64,000 nt of DNA, taken from Paracoccaceae bacterium (lineage in GTDB: Bacteria > Pseudomonadota > Alphaproteobacteria > Rhodobacterales > Rhodobacteraceae). The stretch spans positions 727,474 through 791,473 of the forward strand of contig CBDCNH010000013.1 in the NCBI GenBank assembly GCA_965219015.1, written 5' to 3'. Below, piece after piece: positions 30,622-40,167 of this stretch. The notes under the pieces are model-generated. The model searched no databases, was not told the origin of the DNA, and was given only the letters and a program-made list of their open reading frames with translations. Each line of letters starts with the position of its first letter. The first letter of the stretch is position 1. A program made the position numbers and the translations under genes.

Positions 30622-32067
30622 GTGCCCGCGCTGGCGGGGGCGTCGTTGTGCGTGGCACGCGGCGAGATCCATGCGCTGATGGGCGAGAACGGCGCGGGCA
30701 AGAGCACGCTCATCCGCATCCTCGCCGGTCTCGGACAGGCCGATGCGGGGACGATGACGCTCGACGGCCGGCCGCTGGCCCTCGGCAACCCGCCGGCGTC
30801 CGAGGCGGCCGGGATCCGCGTGCTGCATCAGGAGCACCACGACGTGCCTGGTCTTTCGGTCGCCGAGAACCTGCACCTCGGGCATCCCTACCCGACCCGG
30901 TTCGGGCTGGTGCGCTGGCGGGCGCTCCGGCGCTCGGCCGCGGCGGCGCTCGCGCGGCTCGGTGCGGGGCGCATCGCACCCCGGACGCGCGTGTCCGACC
31001 TCGACGCCGGCGACCGGATGCTGGTCCGGATCGCCGCGACGCTCGTCGAGCGCGCTGGCCCGGCGCCCTGGCTCTACGTCTTCGACGAGCCGACGGCCGC
31101 CCTGAACCCTGCCGAGGCCGAGCGGCTCTTCGCCGCCGTCCGCGCGCTTCGGGACGCGGGTGCGGCGGTGCTTTACGTGTCCCACCGGATGGAAGAGGTT
31201 CTCGCACTCGCCGACCGCGTGACGGTGCTTCGCGACGGCGTCGACGTGCTGACGGCACCGATCGCCGGGACCGGCCAGGACAAGATCATCGCGGCGATGA
31301 CCGGCCGGCCTGCGGGCGCGCTCTTTCCGCCGCGCGCCAGCGCGCCGGGACCGGTGGCGCTCAGCGTCGACGATCTGGCGGCCGGGCCGCTGCAAGGCGT
31401 CTCGTTCGAGCTGCGGGAGGGCGAGATCCTCGGGCTCGCGGGGCTTGCGGGCGCGGGGCGCAACGCCTGCCTCCGTGCCGTCATGGGCGCCATCCCGCGT
31501 CGTGCGGGCCGGGTGCGGCTCGACGGGCGCGACGTGCCGCCGAAGCCCGCCGGTGCCTGGGCGGCGGGCCTGGCCTACGTGCCTCGCGAGCGCCGGGCCG
31601 AGGGGCTGATGCTCCGCTGCGCCATCAGCGCCAACGTGGCGCTGCCGCATCTCGGCGCCTTTTCGCGGCTGGGTCTTGCGGCCCCGGACAGGGAGCGGCG
31701 CGCGGCTTCCGAGCAGGCCGGCCGCGTCCGCCTCCGGGCGCGCGGCCCGGGGCAGCCGGCGGGCGAGCTCAGCGGCGGCAATCAGCAAAAGGTGCTCTTC
31801 GCCCGCGCGCTCGTCGGCCGGCCGCGCGTGCTCCTCCTCGACGAGCCGACGCGCGGCGTCGATGTCGGTGCGCGGGCCGACATCTATGCGCTGATCCGCA
31901 ACCTTGCCGCCGAGGGAGCGGCCATCCTCGTCGCCTCGTCGGATCTGCCGGAGCTCGTCGGTCTTGCCGACCGCATCGCGGTGCTGCGCGAGGGCCGCAT
32001 CGTGCGCGTGCTCGACGCCGACGGGCTGACCGAGGCCGGGCTCCTCGCGCACTGCTACGATGGCTGA
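30622..32067 (+). CDS. Sugar ABC transporter ATP-binding protein (duplicated ATPase, RbsA-type)
   Basis: GENGAGKST, a second-half LSGGNQQK and LLLDEPTRGVD. The expected N-terminal strand LTHDLHLAGLHKAYG lies in frame upstream of the GTG at 30622, so the true start is probably near 30574 (see findings). Confidence 0.85.
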   Translation: MPALAGASLCVARGEIHALMGENGAGKSTLIRILAGLGQADAGTMTLDGRPLALGNPPASEAAGIRVLHQEHHDVPGLSVAENLHLGHPYPTRFGLVRWRALRRSAAAALARLGAGRIAPRTRVSDLDAGDRMLVRIAATLVERAGPAPWLYVFDEPTAALNPAEAERLFAAVRALRDAGAAVLYVSHRMEEVLALADRVTVLRDGVDVLTAPIAGTGQDKIIAAMTGRPAGALFPPRASAPGPVALSVDDLAAGPLQGVSFELREGEILGLAGLAGAGRNACLRAVMGAIPRRAGRVRLDGRDVPPKPAGAWAAGLAYVPRERRAEGLMLRCAISANVALPHLGAFSRLGLAAPDRERRAASEQAGRVRLRARGPGQPAGELSGGNQQKVLFARALVGRPRVLLLDEPTRGVDVGARADIYALIRNLAAEGAAILVASSDLPELVGLADRIAVLREGRIVRVLDADGLTEAGLLAHCYDG

Positions 32068-33025
32068 GAGGCTGCGCCGGTTCGGCACGCTGACCGGGTT
32101 GGCCGCTATCGTCATCGTCCTCTGGGCGGCCCTGCCCGGCACCTTCATGACCGCGCAGAACTGGCTCAACATCAGCCAGCAGGTGAGCATGCTCGCCGTC
32201 GTAGCCTCGACGATGACCGTGGTGATGGTGATGGGCGATTTCGACCTCTCGGTGGGCTCGATGGCCTCGCTTGCGGGCGTCGTGGCGGCGGTGCTCTTCG
32301 CGCACGGCCAGTCGGTCGCGGTCGGCGTCGGGGCGGCGCTCGCCGTCGGGCTGCTGGGCGGCATCGCGAACGGGGTGCTGGTGGGCGTCGTGGGCATTCT
32401 CCCGTTCGTCGCCACGCTCGCGACGCTGACCATGCTCGGCGGCCTGGCGCTCCGCGTCAGCGACGGCCGCACCATCTCCGGCCGCGCGATGCCGGCCGCG
32501 TTCTCGGGCTTCGCGCGGGGCGGGCTGCCGCTCGGCGAAGTCGGCGGCCGGGCGCTCGTGCTGCCGTCGCTGACGCTCGCGGCCGCTGGCGTGATCGCCA
32601 TCGTCTGGCTTGTCCTCGAGCAGACCACCTTCGGGCGCAGGCTCTACGCGATCGGCGGCAACCCCGTGGCGGCGCGGCTCGCGGGACTGAACGTCAGGCG
32701 GCTACGGACCGTGGCCTTCGCGTTCACCGGCGTCGGCGCGGCGCTCGCGGGGCTGATGCTCGCCGCGCGCGTGGCCTCCGCCAACCCGACCCAAGGCGCG
32801 GGGCTGATGCTCGAGGCGATCGCGGCCGTATTTCTTGGCATGACGATGACCGCCGCGGGCCAGCCGCGCGTGCTCGCCTCGATGGCGGGCGTCGCGATCC
32901 TTGGCATCCTCGACAACGGCCTGTCGCAGCTGAGCGTCGACAGCTATCTCCGCGACGTGCTGGTGGGTGCGATCATCCTCGCCGCCGTCGCCTTGGGCGC
33001 CTTCGGGAGCCGCAGCCGGCGGTAG
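32060..33025 (+). CDS. Sugar ABC transporter permease (RbsC/AraH-type)
   Basis: 321 aa, about 10 TM helices, with the typical GDFDLSVGS motif. It overlaps the ATPase stop. Confidence 0.85.
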   Translation: MAERLRRFGTLTGLAAIVIVLWAALPGTFMTAQNWLNISQQVSMLAVVASTMTVVMVMGDFDLSVGSMASLAGVVAAVLFAHGQSVAVGVGAALAVGLLGGIANGVLVGVVGILPFVATLATLTMLGGLALRVSDGRTISGRAMPAAFSGFARGGLPLGEVGGRALVLPSLTLAAAGVIAIVWLVLEQTTFGRRLYAIGGNPVAARLAGLNVRRLRTVAFAFTGVGAALAGLMLAARVASANPTQGAGLMLEAIAAVFLGMTMTAAGQPRVLASMAGVAILGILDNGLSQLSVDSYLRDVLVGAIILAAVALGAFGSRSRR

Positions 33026-33082
33026 GGAAACTGCGGACAATTGCGCCGGTTAAGCACGTCTTCAGCGCCGCGGGCCTAGGTA

Positions 33083-33103
33083 GGTCTCCAAGCACCGGAG
33101 ACC
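33083..33103 (+). promoter_or_regulatory. Hairpin that includes the motB Shine-Dalgarno
   Basis: GGTCTCC-AAGCACC-GGAGACC forms a perfect 7-bp stem. The 3' arm contains GGAG, 6-10 nt before the motB ATG (33107). Confidence 0.3.
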
Positions 33104-33106
33104 GCG

Positions 33107-33955
33107 ATGACCGCCCTGAAGAACGCCGCCCCGACGATCATCAAGCGCAAGAAGGTCGTGAAGGGCGGTGGCCATCACGGCGGCGCCTGGAAGGTGGCCT
33201 ATGCCGACTTCGTGACGGCGATGATGGCGTTCTTCATGCTGATGTGGCTCCTCAACGCCACGACCGAGAAGCAGAGGAAGGGCCTCGCGGACTATTTCAG
33301 CCCGACGATCCCGGTGAACCGCGTTTCGGGCGGCGGCGAGGGCGCCTTCGGGGGCGACAGCTTCTTCTCTGAGAAGACGATGGCACAGGACGGCACCGGC
33401 GCAAGCGCGCAGCGCCCGACCAGCGAGCTGCAGGCGGAGGGCCAGACCGGCACCTCCGACGAGGACGAGGCGGATCGCGCCGCCGCGGAGGCGAAGCTGA
33501 GCGAGGTCGAGGCAAAGCTCCTGGGCAAGGGCGGCGAGAGCATGCTGATGGCCGACGCGCTGCGCCATGTCGTCACCCGCGTGACCGACGAGGGGCTGAT
33601 CGTCGAGATCTTCGACCTCCCCGGCGACCCGCTCTTCGAGCCCGACAGCGACGTAGCCACGCCGATCACCCGCGAACTCGCCGAGATGCTGGCCGGTGTG
33701 TTCGCTCTGGTGAAGAACAACGTCGCGGTCAGCGGCCACGTGCGGTCCTATCCGATCGTGCTGAAGGAGAACCCCGTGTGGCCGCTCTCGACCGCGCGGG
33801 CGCAGCAGATGCGCGCGCTCGTCGAGGCCGAGGGGCTGGCGCCGGCGCGGATCCGCCGCGTCACCGGCGAGGCCGACCGAAAGCCGTCCGCACGCAATCC
33901 GATGGCCGAGCGCAACAACCGCCTTGAGCTGATCCTGTTGCGGAAACCCACCTGA
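33107..33955 (+). CDS. motB: Flagellar motor stator protein MotB
   Basis: N-terminal WKVAYADFVTAMMAFFMLMWLL TM/plug region. OmpA-like C-terminus ending NRRLELILL. Confidence 0.85.
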   Translation: MTALKNAAPTIIKRKKVVKGGGHHGGAWKVAYADFVTAMMAFFMLMWLLNATTEKQRKGLADYFSPTIPVNRVSGGGEGAFGGDSFFSEKTMAQDGTGASAQRPTSELQAEGQTGTSDEDEADRAAAEAKLSEVEAKLLGKGGESMLMADALRHVVTRVTDEGLIVEIFDLPGDPLFEPDSDVATPITRELAEMLAGVFALVKNNVAVSGHVRSYPIVLKENPVWPLSTARAQQMRALVEAEGLAPARIRRVTGEADRKPSARNPMAERNNRLELILLRKPT

Positions 33956-34052
33956 AACGCCCCGCCACGGCGCCGGCAGACGTTAGGCGCATCTTAAACA
34001 CGACGCGGCAAGGATGGCCCCATTCGGCGTCGAACGACCAGAAAGGTACAGA

Positions 34053-35357
34053 ATGACGATCTCCTCCTCGCTCAACGCCGGCGTCTCCGGGCTCAACGCC
34101 CATGCCGCGCGGCTCGGCACGATCTCGGACAACATCGCCAACTCGTCGACCTACGGCTACCGCCGCGCCGACACGGACTTCCACGATCTCGTGGTGAACG
34201 GTTCCGGAGGCGGGCGCTACGTCGCCGGCGGGGTGCGGACGACCTCGCAGCGCCTCGTCGACCAGCGGGGGTCGCTGGTGTCGACCTCGAACGCGACCGA
34301 CATTGCCATCGGCGGCCGCGGCATGCTGCCCGTCACCAGCGTGTCCGCGCTCGGCAATTCCAGCGGCACCTATCCGCTCGCGCTCACGCCCACGGGGTCG
34401 TTCCGCCCCGACGCCGACGGCGTGCTCCGGACCGACGGCGGTCTCGTGCTCCTCGGCTGGCCTGCGGCCGCGGACGGCAAGATCGGCGCCTTCCCGCGCG
34501 ACACGGTCGCCGGGCTCGAGCCCGTCACGATCCACGCCAACCAGGCCATCGCCGATCCGACGACGGCGATCACCCTCGGCGTCAACCTGCCCGCCGCCGC
34601 CACGCAGGCCGGCGCGCCCGGGACGCCGCAGACGCTCGCGGTCGAGTATTTCGGCAACCTCGGCACCTCCGAGACGCTCGATGTGACCTTCGAGCCGACC
34701 GTCCCGGGCGCCGGCGCCTCGAACGAATGGACCATGACGGTGCGCGACCGCGCCAGCGGCGGCGCCGTCGTCGGCTCCTACGGGCTCACCTTCGACGGCA
34801 CCCGCGGCGGCGGCGGCACGCTCGCTTCCGCGACGACGCTCTCGGGCGGCGCCTACGACCCCGCAACCGGCGCCTTCACCGTCGCCACCGCGGGCGGCCC
34901 GGTCGACGTGACCATCGGGAAGCCCGGCGACCCCGCGGGCCTCACGCAGCTCGCGAGCGCCTTCGCCCCGGTCGCGATCTCGAAGAACGGCTCGCCGGTC
35001 GGCTCGATCAGCTCCGTCGAGGTCGACGCCAAGGGCATCCTGACCGCGGTCTACGACACCGGCTTCACCCGCCAGCTCTACCAGATCCCCATCGTCGACG
35101 TGCCGAACCAGAACGGCCTCACGGCGGGCAACGACCAGACCTTCACGATCTCGAACCAGTCCGGCGCGTTCTTCCTCTGGGACGCAGGCGACGGGCCGAC
35201 GGGCGACATGGTGGGCTTCGCCCGCGAGCAGTCCGCCACCGACGTCGCGAGCGAGCTGACCAAGCTCATCGAGACCCAGCGCGCCTATTCCTCGAACGCC
35301 AAGGTCATCCAGACGGTCGACGAGATGTGGCAGGAAACCACCAACATCAAGCGCTGA
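34053..35357 (+). CDS. flgE: Flagellar hook protein FlgE
   Basis: Start at MTISSSLNAGVSGLNAHAARLGTISDNIANSSTYGY (ATG 34053). C-terminal TKLIETQRAYSSNAKVIQTVDEM. Confidence 0.9.
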   Translation: MTISSSLNAGVSGLNAHAARLGTISDNIANSSTYGYRRADTDFHDLVVNGSGGGRYVAGGVRTTSQRLVDQRGSLVSTSNATDIAIGGRGMLPVTSVSALGNSSGTYPLALTPTGSFRPDADGVLRTDGGLVLLGWPAAADGKIGAFPRDTVAGLEPVTIHANQAIADPTTAITLGVNLPAAATQAGAPGTPQTLAVEYFGNLGTSETLDVTFEPTVPGAGASNEWTMTVRDRASGGAVVGSYGLTFDGTRGGGGTLASATTLSGGAYDPATGAFTVATAGGPVDVTIGKPGDPAGLTQLASAFAPVAISKNGSPVGSISSVEVDAKGILTAVYDTGFTRQLYQIPIVDVPNQNGLTAGNDQTFTISNQSGAFFLWDAGDGPTGDMVGFAREQSATDVASELTKLIETQRAYSSNAKVIQTVDEMWQETTNIKR

Positions 35358-35389
35358 CCTGCCCCGAGCCCTGAAGCGGAGACGAAGCC

Positions 35390-36829
35390 ATGAGCCTTAC
35401 GAGTGCGATGTCGAATGCGCTGTCCGGCCTCACCGCCGCGGCGCGGGGCGCGGAGGTGGTCTCGTCGAATGTCGCGAACGCGCTGACCGAAGGCTACGGC
35501 CGCCGCGAGCTCGAGCTGGGCGCGCAGGGCCTCGCGGGCAGCGGCGGCGGGGTCAGGATCGAGGGCGTCCAGCGCCAGGTCGATCGCGCCGTCCTCGCCG
35601 ACCGCCGCGCCTCGGATGCGAGCCTCGCCGCCGCCGACACCAAGGCCGCCTGGCTCGCGAGCGTCGAGGCGGCGCTCGGCACGCCCGACGCGGCGGACTC
35701 GATCTCGGGCCGCATCGCCGGGCTCGAGGCGGCGCTCCTCGACGCCGCGAGCCGCCCCGACGCCGAGCCGCGGCTCGCCACCGCAGTCGGCGCCGCGGGC
35801 GACCTCGCGACGGCGCTCAACACGGCCTCGCAGAAGATCGCAGACGCGCGTCTCGCAGCCGACGGCAAGATCGCCTCGGACGTCCGTACGGTCAACGACG
35901 CGCTCGGCAACATCGCCAGCCTCAACGCCCGCATCAGCGTGGCGCGCGCCGAGGGCCGCGATGCGCTGAGCCTCGTCGACCAGCGCCAGGCCGAGATCGA
36001 CCGCATCAGCCCGATCGTGCCGATCCGCGAGGTCGCGCGCGACCGCGGGCAGGTCGCGCTCTACACCGACGGCGGCGCGATTCTCCTCGACGGCCGCGCG
36101 GCTACGCTCGGCTTTGCGCCCGCGCGGGCCGTGACGCCCGAGATGACCCTCACGAGCGGCGCGCTCTCGGGCCTCACCATCGACGGCAAGACGGTGTCCA
36201 CGCTCGAGAGCGGCCCCCTCGGGGGCGGACGGCTCGCCGCGTCCTTCTCGGTCCGCGACGAGGCCGCCCCGCAGGCAAGCGCCGATCTCGACGCGCTCGC
36301 CCGCGATCTCGTGGAGCGCTTTGCCGGTGTGCCCGACGCCACGCTCGTCCCGGGCGACGCGGGACTTCTGGTCGACAGCGTGCCCGGTGACGAGGTCGGT
36401 CTCGCCGGCCGCGTCCGTCTCAACGCATCCGTCGATCCGGCGCAGGGCGGGCTGGTTCTACGTCTCCGGGATGGCCTCGGCGCGACGAGCCCGGGCACTC
36501 CCGGCAACGCGAGGCTTCTGAACGCCTTCGCGGCCGCTCTCGAGGCGAGCCGTGCGCCCGCTTCGGGTGCGTTCACGGGGTCGTCGTCAACCGCGTCCGG
36601 CCTCGCCGCGAAGGTGCTCTCGGCCCGCGCGTCCGAACGCCAGGCCGCGGACGCCGACGCGAGCTTCGCGGCCGCGCGCAACGCCACTGTTCGGGCCGAG
36701 GAGGCAGACGGCGGCGTCGACACCGACCGCGAGGTGCAGACCCTGCTCGCCGTCGAGAAGAGCTACGCGGCCAACGCGCGCGTCATCCAGACCATCGACG
36801 ACATGCTCGCCACCCTCCTGAGGATCTGA
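35390..36829 (+). CDS. flgK: Flagellar hook-associated protein 1 FlgK
   Basis: N-terminal SNALSGLTAAARGAEVVSSNVANALTEGY. C-terminal LLAVEKSYAANARVIQTIDDML. Confidence 0.85.
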   Translation: MSLTSAMSNALSGLTAAARGAEVVSSNVANALTEGYGRRELELGAQGLAGSGGGVRIEGVQRQVDRAVLADRRASDASLAAADTKAAWLASVEAALGTPDAADSISGRIAGLEAALLDAASRPDAEPRLATAVGAAGDLATALNTASQKIADARLAADGKIASDVRTVNDALGNIASLNARISVARAEGRDALSLVDQRQAEIDRISPIVPIREVARDRGQVALYTDGGAILLDGRAATLGFAPARAVTPEMTLTSGALSGLTIDGKTVSTLESGPLGGGRLAASFSVRDEAAPQASADLDALARDLVERFAGVPDATLVPGDAGLLVDSVPGDEVGLAGRVRLNASVDPAQGGLVLRLRDGLGATSPGTPGNARLLNAFAAALEASRAPASGAFTGSSSTASGLAAKVLSARASERQAADADASFAAARNATVRAEEADGGVDTDREVQTLLAVEKSYAANARVIQTIDDMLATLLRI

Positions 36830-36831
36830 TC

Positions 36832-37842
36832 ATGAACACGCTCTCCATCGGCGACCAGGGCCGCGCGAACCGTCTGACCCGCTACACCGCCGAGACCAAG
36901 GCGGCGCTGAACCGGCTGACCGACGAGGTCGCCTCGGGCGTGGTCGCGGACAAGGGCCGGGCCGTGGGCGGCGACTTTACCCCGCTTGCCGGGATCGAGC
37001 GCGCGCTGACGCGGCTCGACGCGCATCTCTCGGTCACGCGCGAGACCGCGCAGCGCGCGGGCGCCATGCAGGCGGCCCTCGGGCAGATCGGCGATCTCGC
37101 CTCCACCGATGCCCCGAGATACCGCGAAGCGGCAAGCACGACGACGCCGCAGCAACTTCGCATCGCATCCGCCGACGCCGAACAGTCGTTCCGCAGCGCT
37201 GTCTCCGCGCTCAACCTCGGCGTGGCGGGACGGTCGCTCTTCGGGGGCACGGCCACGGACCGCGCCCCGCTTGCCTCCGCCGACGACATGCTCGCGGGAC
37301 TGCGCGCCGCCGTTTCCGGCATCACCACCGCGACCGGCCTCCGCGACGCCGTGGAAGACTGGTTCGACACGCCGGGCGGCGGCTTCGCCAGCGGCGGCTA
37401 TCGAGGCTCCTACGACGCGGGCGCGCCGGTCACGGTGGCGGACGGCGAGACCGTCGATCTCGGCATCACCGCGGCGGACCCCGCCATCCGCGACGTGCTT
37501 AAGGGCTACGCCCTCGCCGCGATGGCCGGCGACGCGGCGTTCGCGGGCGGCACCACGGGCGGGATCGCAGCGCTGCGGCTGGCGGGCAGTGCGCTCGCGG
37601 CGGCCGATGACGGGCTCATCGAAGTCCGTGCCCGGCTCGGGAGCACCGAGGCGCGGCTCGACCGCGTGACGGCGCGCAACGAGGCCGAGCAGAGCACGCT
37701 GAAGCAGTCCCGCTCGAGCCTTCTCGCGGTCGATCCCTATGAGGCCGCGACCGAGCTCGAAGCCACGAAGACGCAGCTCGAGACGCTCTACGCGCTCACC
37801 TCGCGGCTGTCGGGGATGTCGCTCCTGGACTACCTCAAGTGA
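36832..37842 (+). CDS. flgL: Flagellar hook-associated protein 3 FlgL (flagellin-like)
   Basis: Its position after flgK, and the flagellin-type C-terminus ATELEATKTQLETLYALTSRLSGMSLLDYL. Confidence 0.8.
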   Translation: MNTLSIGDQGRANRLTRYTAETKAALNRLTDEVASGVVADKGRAVGGDFTPLAGIERALTRLDAHLSVTRETAQRAGAMQAALGQIGDLASTDAPRYREAASTTTPQQLRIASADAEQSFRSAVSALNLGVAGRSLFGGTATDRAPLASADDMLAGLRAAVSGITTATGLRDAVEDWFDTPGGGFASGGYRGSYDAGAPVTVADGETVDLGITAADPAIRDVLKGYALAAMAGDAAFAGGTTGGIAALRLAGSALAAADDGLIEVRARLGSTEARLDRVTARNEAEQSTLKQSRSSLLAVDPYEAATELEATKTQLETLYALTSRLSGMSLLDYLK

Positions 37843-38936
37843 TCCGGCTCGTGGCGGCGCTCCTCGTGGCGTTCTGGCCGGCACTGGCGGGCGCGCAGCC
37901 GATCCGCATCAAGGATCTCGTCGAGTTCGACGGCGTGCGCGGCAACGACCTCGTGGGCTACGGCCTCGTCGTGGGTCTGAACGGGACCGGCGACGGGCTC
38001 CGGAACGCGCCCTTCACCGAGGACATCATGACCAACATCCTCGAGCGGCTCGGCGTCAACGTCACCGGCGAGCAGTTCCGCCCGAAGAACGTGGCCGCGG
38101 TGTTCGTGACCGCCACGCTGCCGCCCTTCGCGCGGGCCGGGGGACGCATCGACGTCACGGTCTCGGCGATCGGCGACGCCAAGAGCCTCCTCGGCGGCAC
38201 GCTGGTGATGACGCCGCTCAACGGCGCCGACGGCCAGATCTACGCGGTCGCGCAGGGCACGATCATCGCCGGCGGCGTCTCGGCGACGGGCGCGGCCGGC
38301 GGCATCACGCAGGGCGTCCCCACGGCAGGCACCATCCCGACCGGCGCCCGGGTCGAGCGCGAGATCGCCTTCGACTTCGCGGGCCTGCGCTCGTTGCGGC
38401 TGGCGCTTCGCAGCCCGGACTTCACCACGGCGGGGCGGATCGAGGGCGTCATCAATGCCGCGTTCGGCCGTTCCGTCGCCGAGATGACCGATGCAGGCAC
38501 GGTGGTGCTCGACATCGGCGCGACGCGGCTCGGCACGCCGGCGCGGGTGCTCGGCCGGATCGAGAACCTCACGGTCGAGCCCGAGGAGCGCGCGCGCGTC
38601 GTCGTCGACCAGCGCTCGGGGACCATCGTCATGGGCGCCGACGTCCGGATCAGCCGCGTCGCCATCGCACAGGGCAACCTCACGCTCCGCGTCGAGGAGA
38701 CCCCGCTCGTGGTGCAGCCGAACCCGTTCGCCGCCGGCGAGACGGTCGTCGTGCCGCGCACCTCCGCCGGCATCACCGAGGAGCCCGGCGTGTCGCTGGC
38801 GGAGGTGGACGGCACCTCGCTCTCGGACGTGGTGTCGGGGCTGAATGCGCTCGGCGTGTCGCCGCGCGACATGATCGACATCCTGAAGAGCATCAACGCC
38901 GCGGGCGCGCTGCACGCGGAGTTCCTGGTGAACTGA
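37839..38936 (+). CDS. flgI: Flagellar P-ring protein FlgI
   Basis: Signal peptide, IRIKDLVEFDGVRGNDLVGYGLVVGLNGTGD, and C-terminal IDILKSINAAGALHAEF. The GTG start overlaps the flgL stop (GTGA). Confidence 0.9.
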   Translation: MIRLVAALLVAFWPALAGAQPIRIKDLVEFDGVRGNDLVGYGLVVGLNGTGDGLRNAPFTEDIMTNILERLGVNVTGEQFRPKNVAAVFVTATLPPFARAGGRIDVTVSAIGDAKSLLGGTLVMTPLNGADGQIYAVAQGTIIAGGVSATGAAGGITQGVPTAGTIPTGARVEREIAFDFAGLRSLRLALRSPDFTTAGRIEGVINAAFGRSVAEMTDAGTVVLDIGATRLGTPARVLGRIENLTVEPEERARVVVDQRSGTIVMGADVRISRVAIAQGNLTLRVEETPLVVQPNPFAAGETVVVPRTSAGITEEPGVSLAEVDGTSLSDVVSGLNALGVSPRDMIDILKSINAAGALHAEFLVN

Positions 38937-39089
38937 CCGCTCGCGGAGCGCATCTCCCGGCGCGCCGACGTTCGCGGGACCGCGACCGACGTCCGCGACG
39001 GCGCTGGCTTCGGGTGACGTACCGGGTGGCGGCAGCGGCGCGGGCTCGGACGGTCGCCGGGCAGGCGCCTCGCGTTCCGTGCCGCCGCT

Positions 39090-39785
39090 CTAGAGTGCGA
39101 GCGCCGCGGCGCCGCCGTGCGCCGCAGACCATTCGAGCGGCGCGCCGAGGAACGCCTCCGCCGCCCCCAGACGCCCGGTATCGACCTCGCCTGCCGCGCG
39201 CGCGGCGGCGAGCACGTCGGCCCAGGTCGCGAGCGCGTGGAGCCGCAAGCCCGCCGCTTCCAGCGCATCGCGGGATCCGGGAAAGATGTCGTAGTAGAAC
39301 ATCACGAACGTGTCCGTGACCCCGGCGCCGGCGTCCCGCAGCGCCTGCGCGAAACGAAGCTTGCTGCCGCCGTCGGTGGCGAGATCCTCGACGAGGAGCA
39401 CGCGCTTGCCCGCGACCGGCGCGCCCTCGATCTGCGCGTCGCGGCCGAAGCCCTTGGGCTTCTTGCGGACGTACTGCATCGGCAGGCCCATCTTGTGCGC
39501 GATCCAGGCCGCGAAGGGGATGCCCGCCGTCTCGCCGCCCGCCACGGCATCGACGGCCTCGAAGCCCACCTCGCGCAGGATCACCGAGACGGCGAATTCG
39601 GTCAGCGTCTCGCGAACGCGCGGATAGGAGATGATCTTGCGGCAGTCGATGTAGACCGGGCTCGCGAGGCCGGAGGTGAAGATGTAGGGCGCGTCGGCCG
39701 CGAAATGCACGGCATCGATCTCGAGAAGCATCCGCGCGGTCATCGCGGCAATGGTCTGACGGTCGGCGAAGGTGCTCGAATGCAT
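39090..39785 (-). CDS. pyrE: Orotate phosphoribosyltransferase
   Basis: Inner part of ORF 39090..40154, starting at [10 protein letters not shown] (ATG 39783-39785). PRPP motif [13 protein letters not shown], and YIDCRK. Confidence 0.9.
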   Translation of the reverse strand: MHSSTFADRQTIAAMTARMLLEIDAVHFAADAPYIFTSGLASPVYIDCRKIISYPRVRETLTEFAVSVILREVGFEAVDAVAGGETAGIPFAAWIAHKMGLPMQYVRKKPKGFGRDAQIEGAPVAGKRVLLVEDLATDGGSKLRFAQALRDAGAGVTDTFVMFYYDIFPGSRDALEAAGLRLHALATWADVLAAARAAGEVDTGRLGAAEAFLGAPLEWSAAHGGAAALAL

Positions 39786-39914
39786 GGCGGTCTCCGGTGG
39801 CGCCGGTCCGTCGTACCGCATCCGGGCGGCGGGCGGCAATTCGCTACCGCGGCGCGCGCGCGTCTGCTTCGGTCGCGGCAGCGGCGGGAGCGGACACTGG
39901 CGTCGGCAGGGCGG

Positions 39915-39986
39915 ACCGGGAGCGAGGTGCCGGCGGCGGCCGTGGCGGCGCACGGCGTGAAGGCGATCTTCGGCGTTCGGGCGTGA
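39915..39986 (+). pseudogene. Possible N-terminal stub of a thiamine-pyrophosphate enzyme (acetolactate-synthase-like)
   Basis: [25 protein letters not shown]-stop resembles the canonical TGAE..V..L...GV..IFGVPG N-terminus. Only about 24 codons remain and there is no start codon. Confidence 0.3.
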
Positions 39987-40008
39987 GCGATCTCGCGGCG
40001 CAGGGGAC

Positions 40009-40040
40009 GGCGATGAGGGGTCGAGCCCGATACGGACAGC
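40009..40040. repeat. 32-bp perfect direct repeat, copy 1
   Basis: GGCGATGAGGGGTCGAGCCCGATACGGACAGC, identical to 40168-40199. Confidence 0.9.
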
Positions 40041-40167
40041 CGCGCCACGTGACCATGCGGCAAAGGAGCGGCTGCCGCCGCATCGGCGGACCTGACCGGC
40101 GAGCCCGGCGCCGCAATCGTGACGCGCGGGCCCGAGGGGCGTGCGCCGCGACAATCAGGCTGCACAT

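Noticed and set aside
34015-34029. TGGCCC-N5-GGCG upstream of flgE, considered as a sigma54 (-24/-12) promoter.
   Set aside because: The GC of the -12 element is one nucleotide too close to the GG of the -24 element, and the TTGC core is absent.
38950-38963. The 14-mer GCATCTCCCGGCGC is shared between the flgI downstream region and the left arm of the 56513-56550 palindrome, which hinted at a dispersed REP-like family.
   Set aside because: With this base composition I estimate that on the order of a hundred chance 14-mer matches are expected within a 64-kb window on both strands. The flgI copy also lacks the complementary arm.
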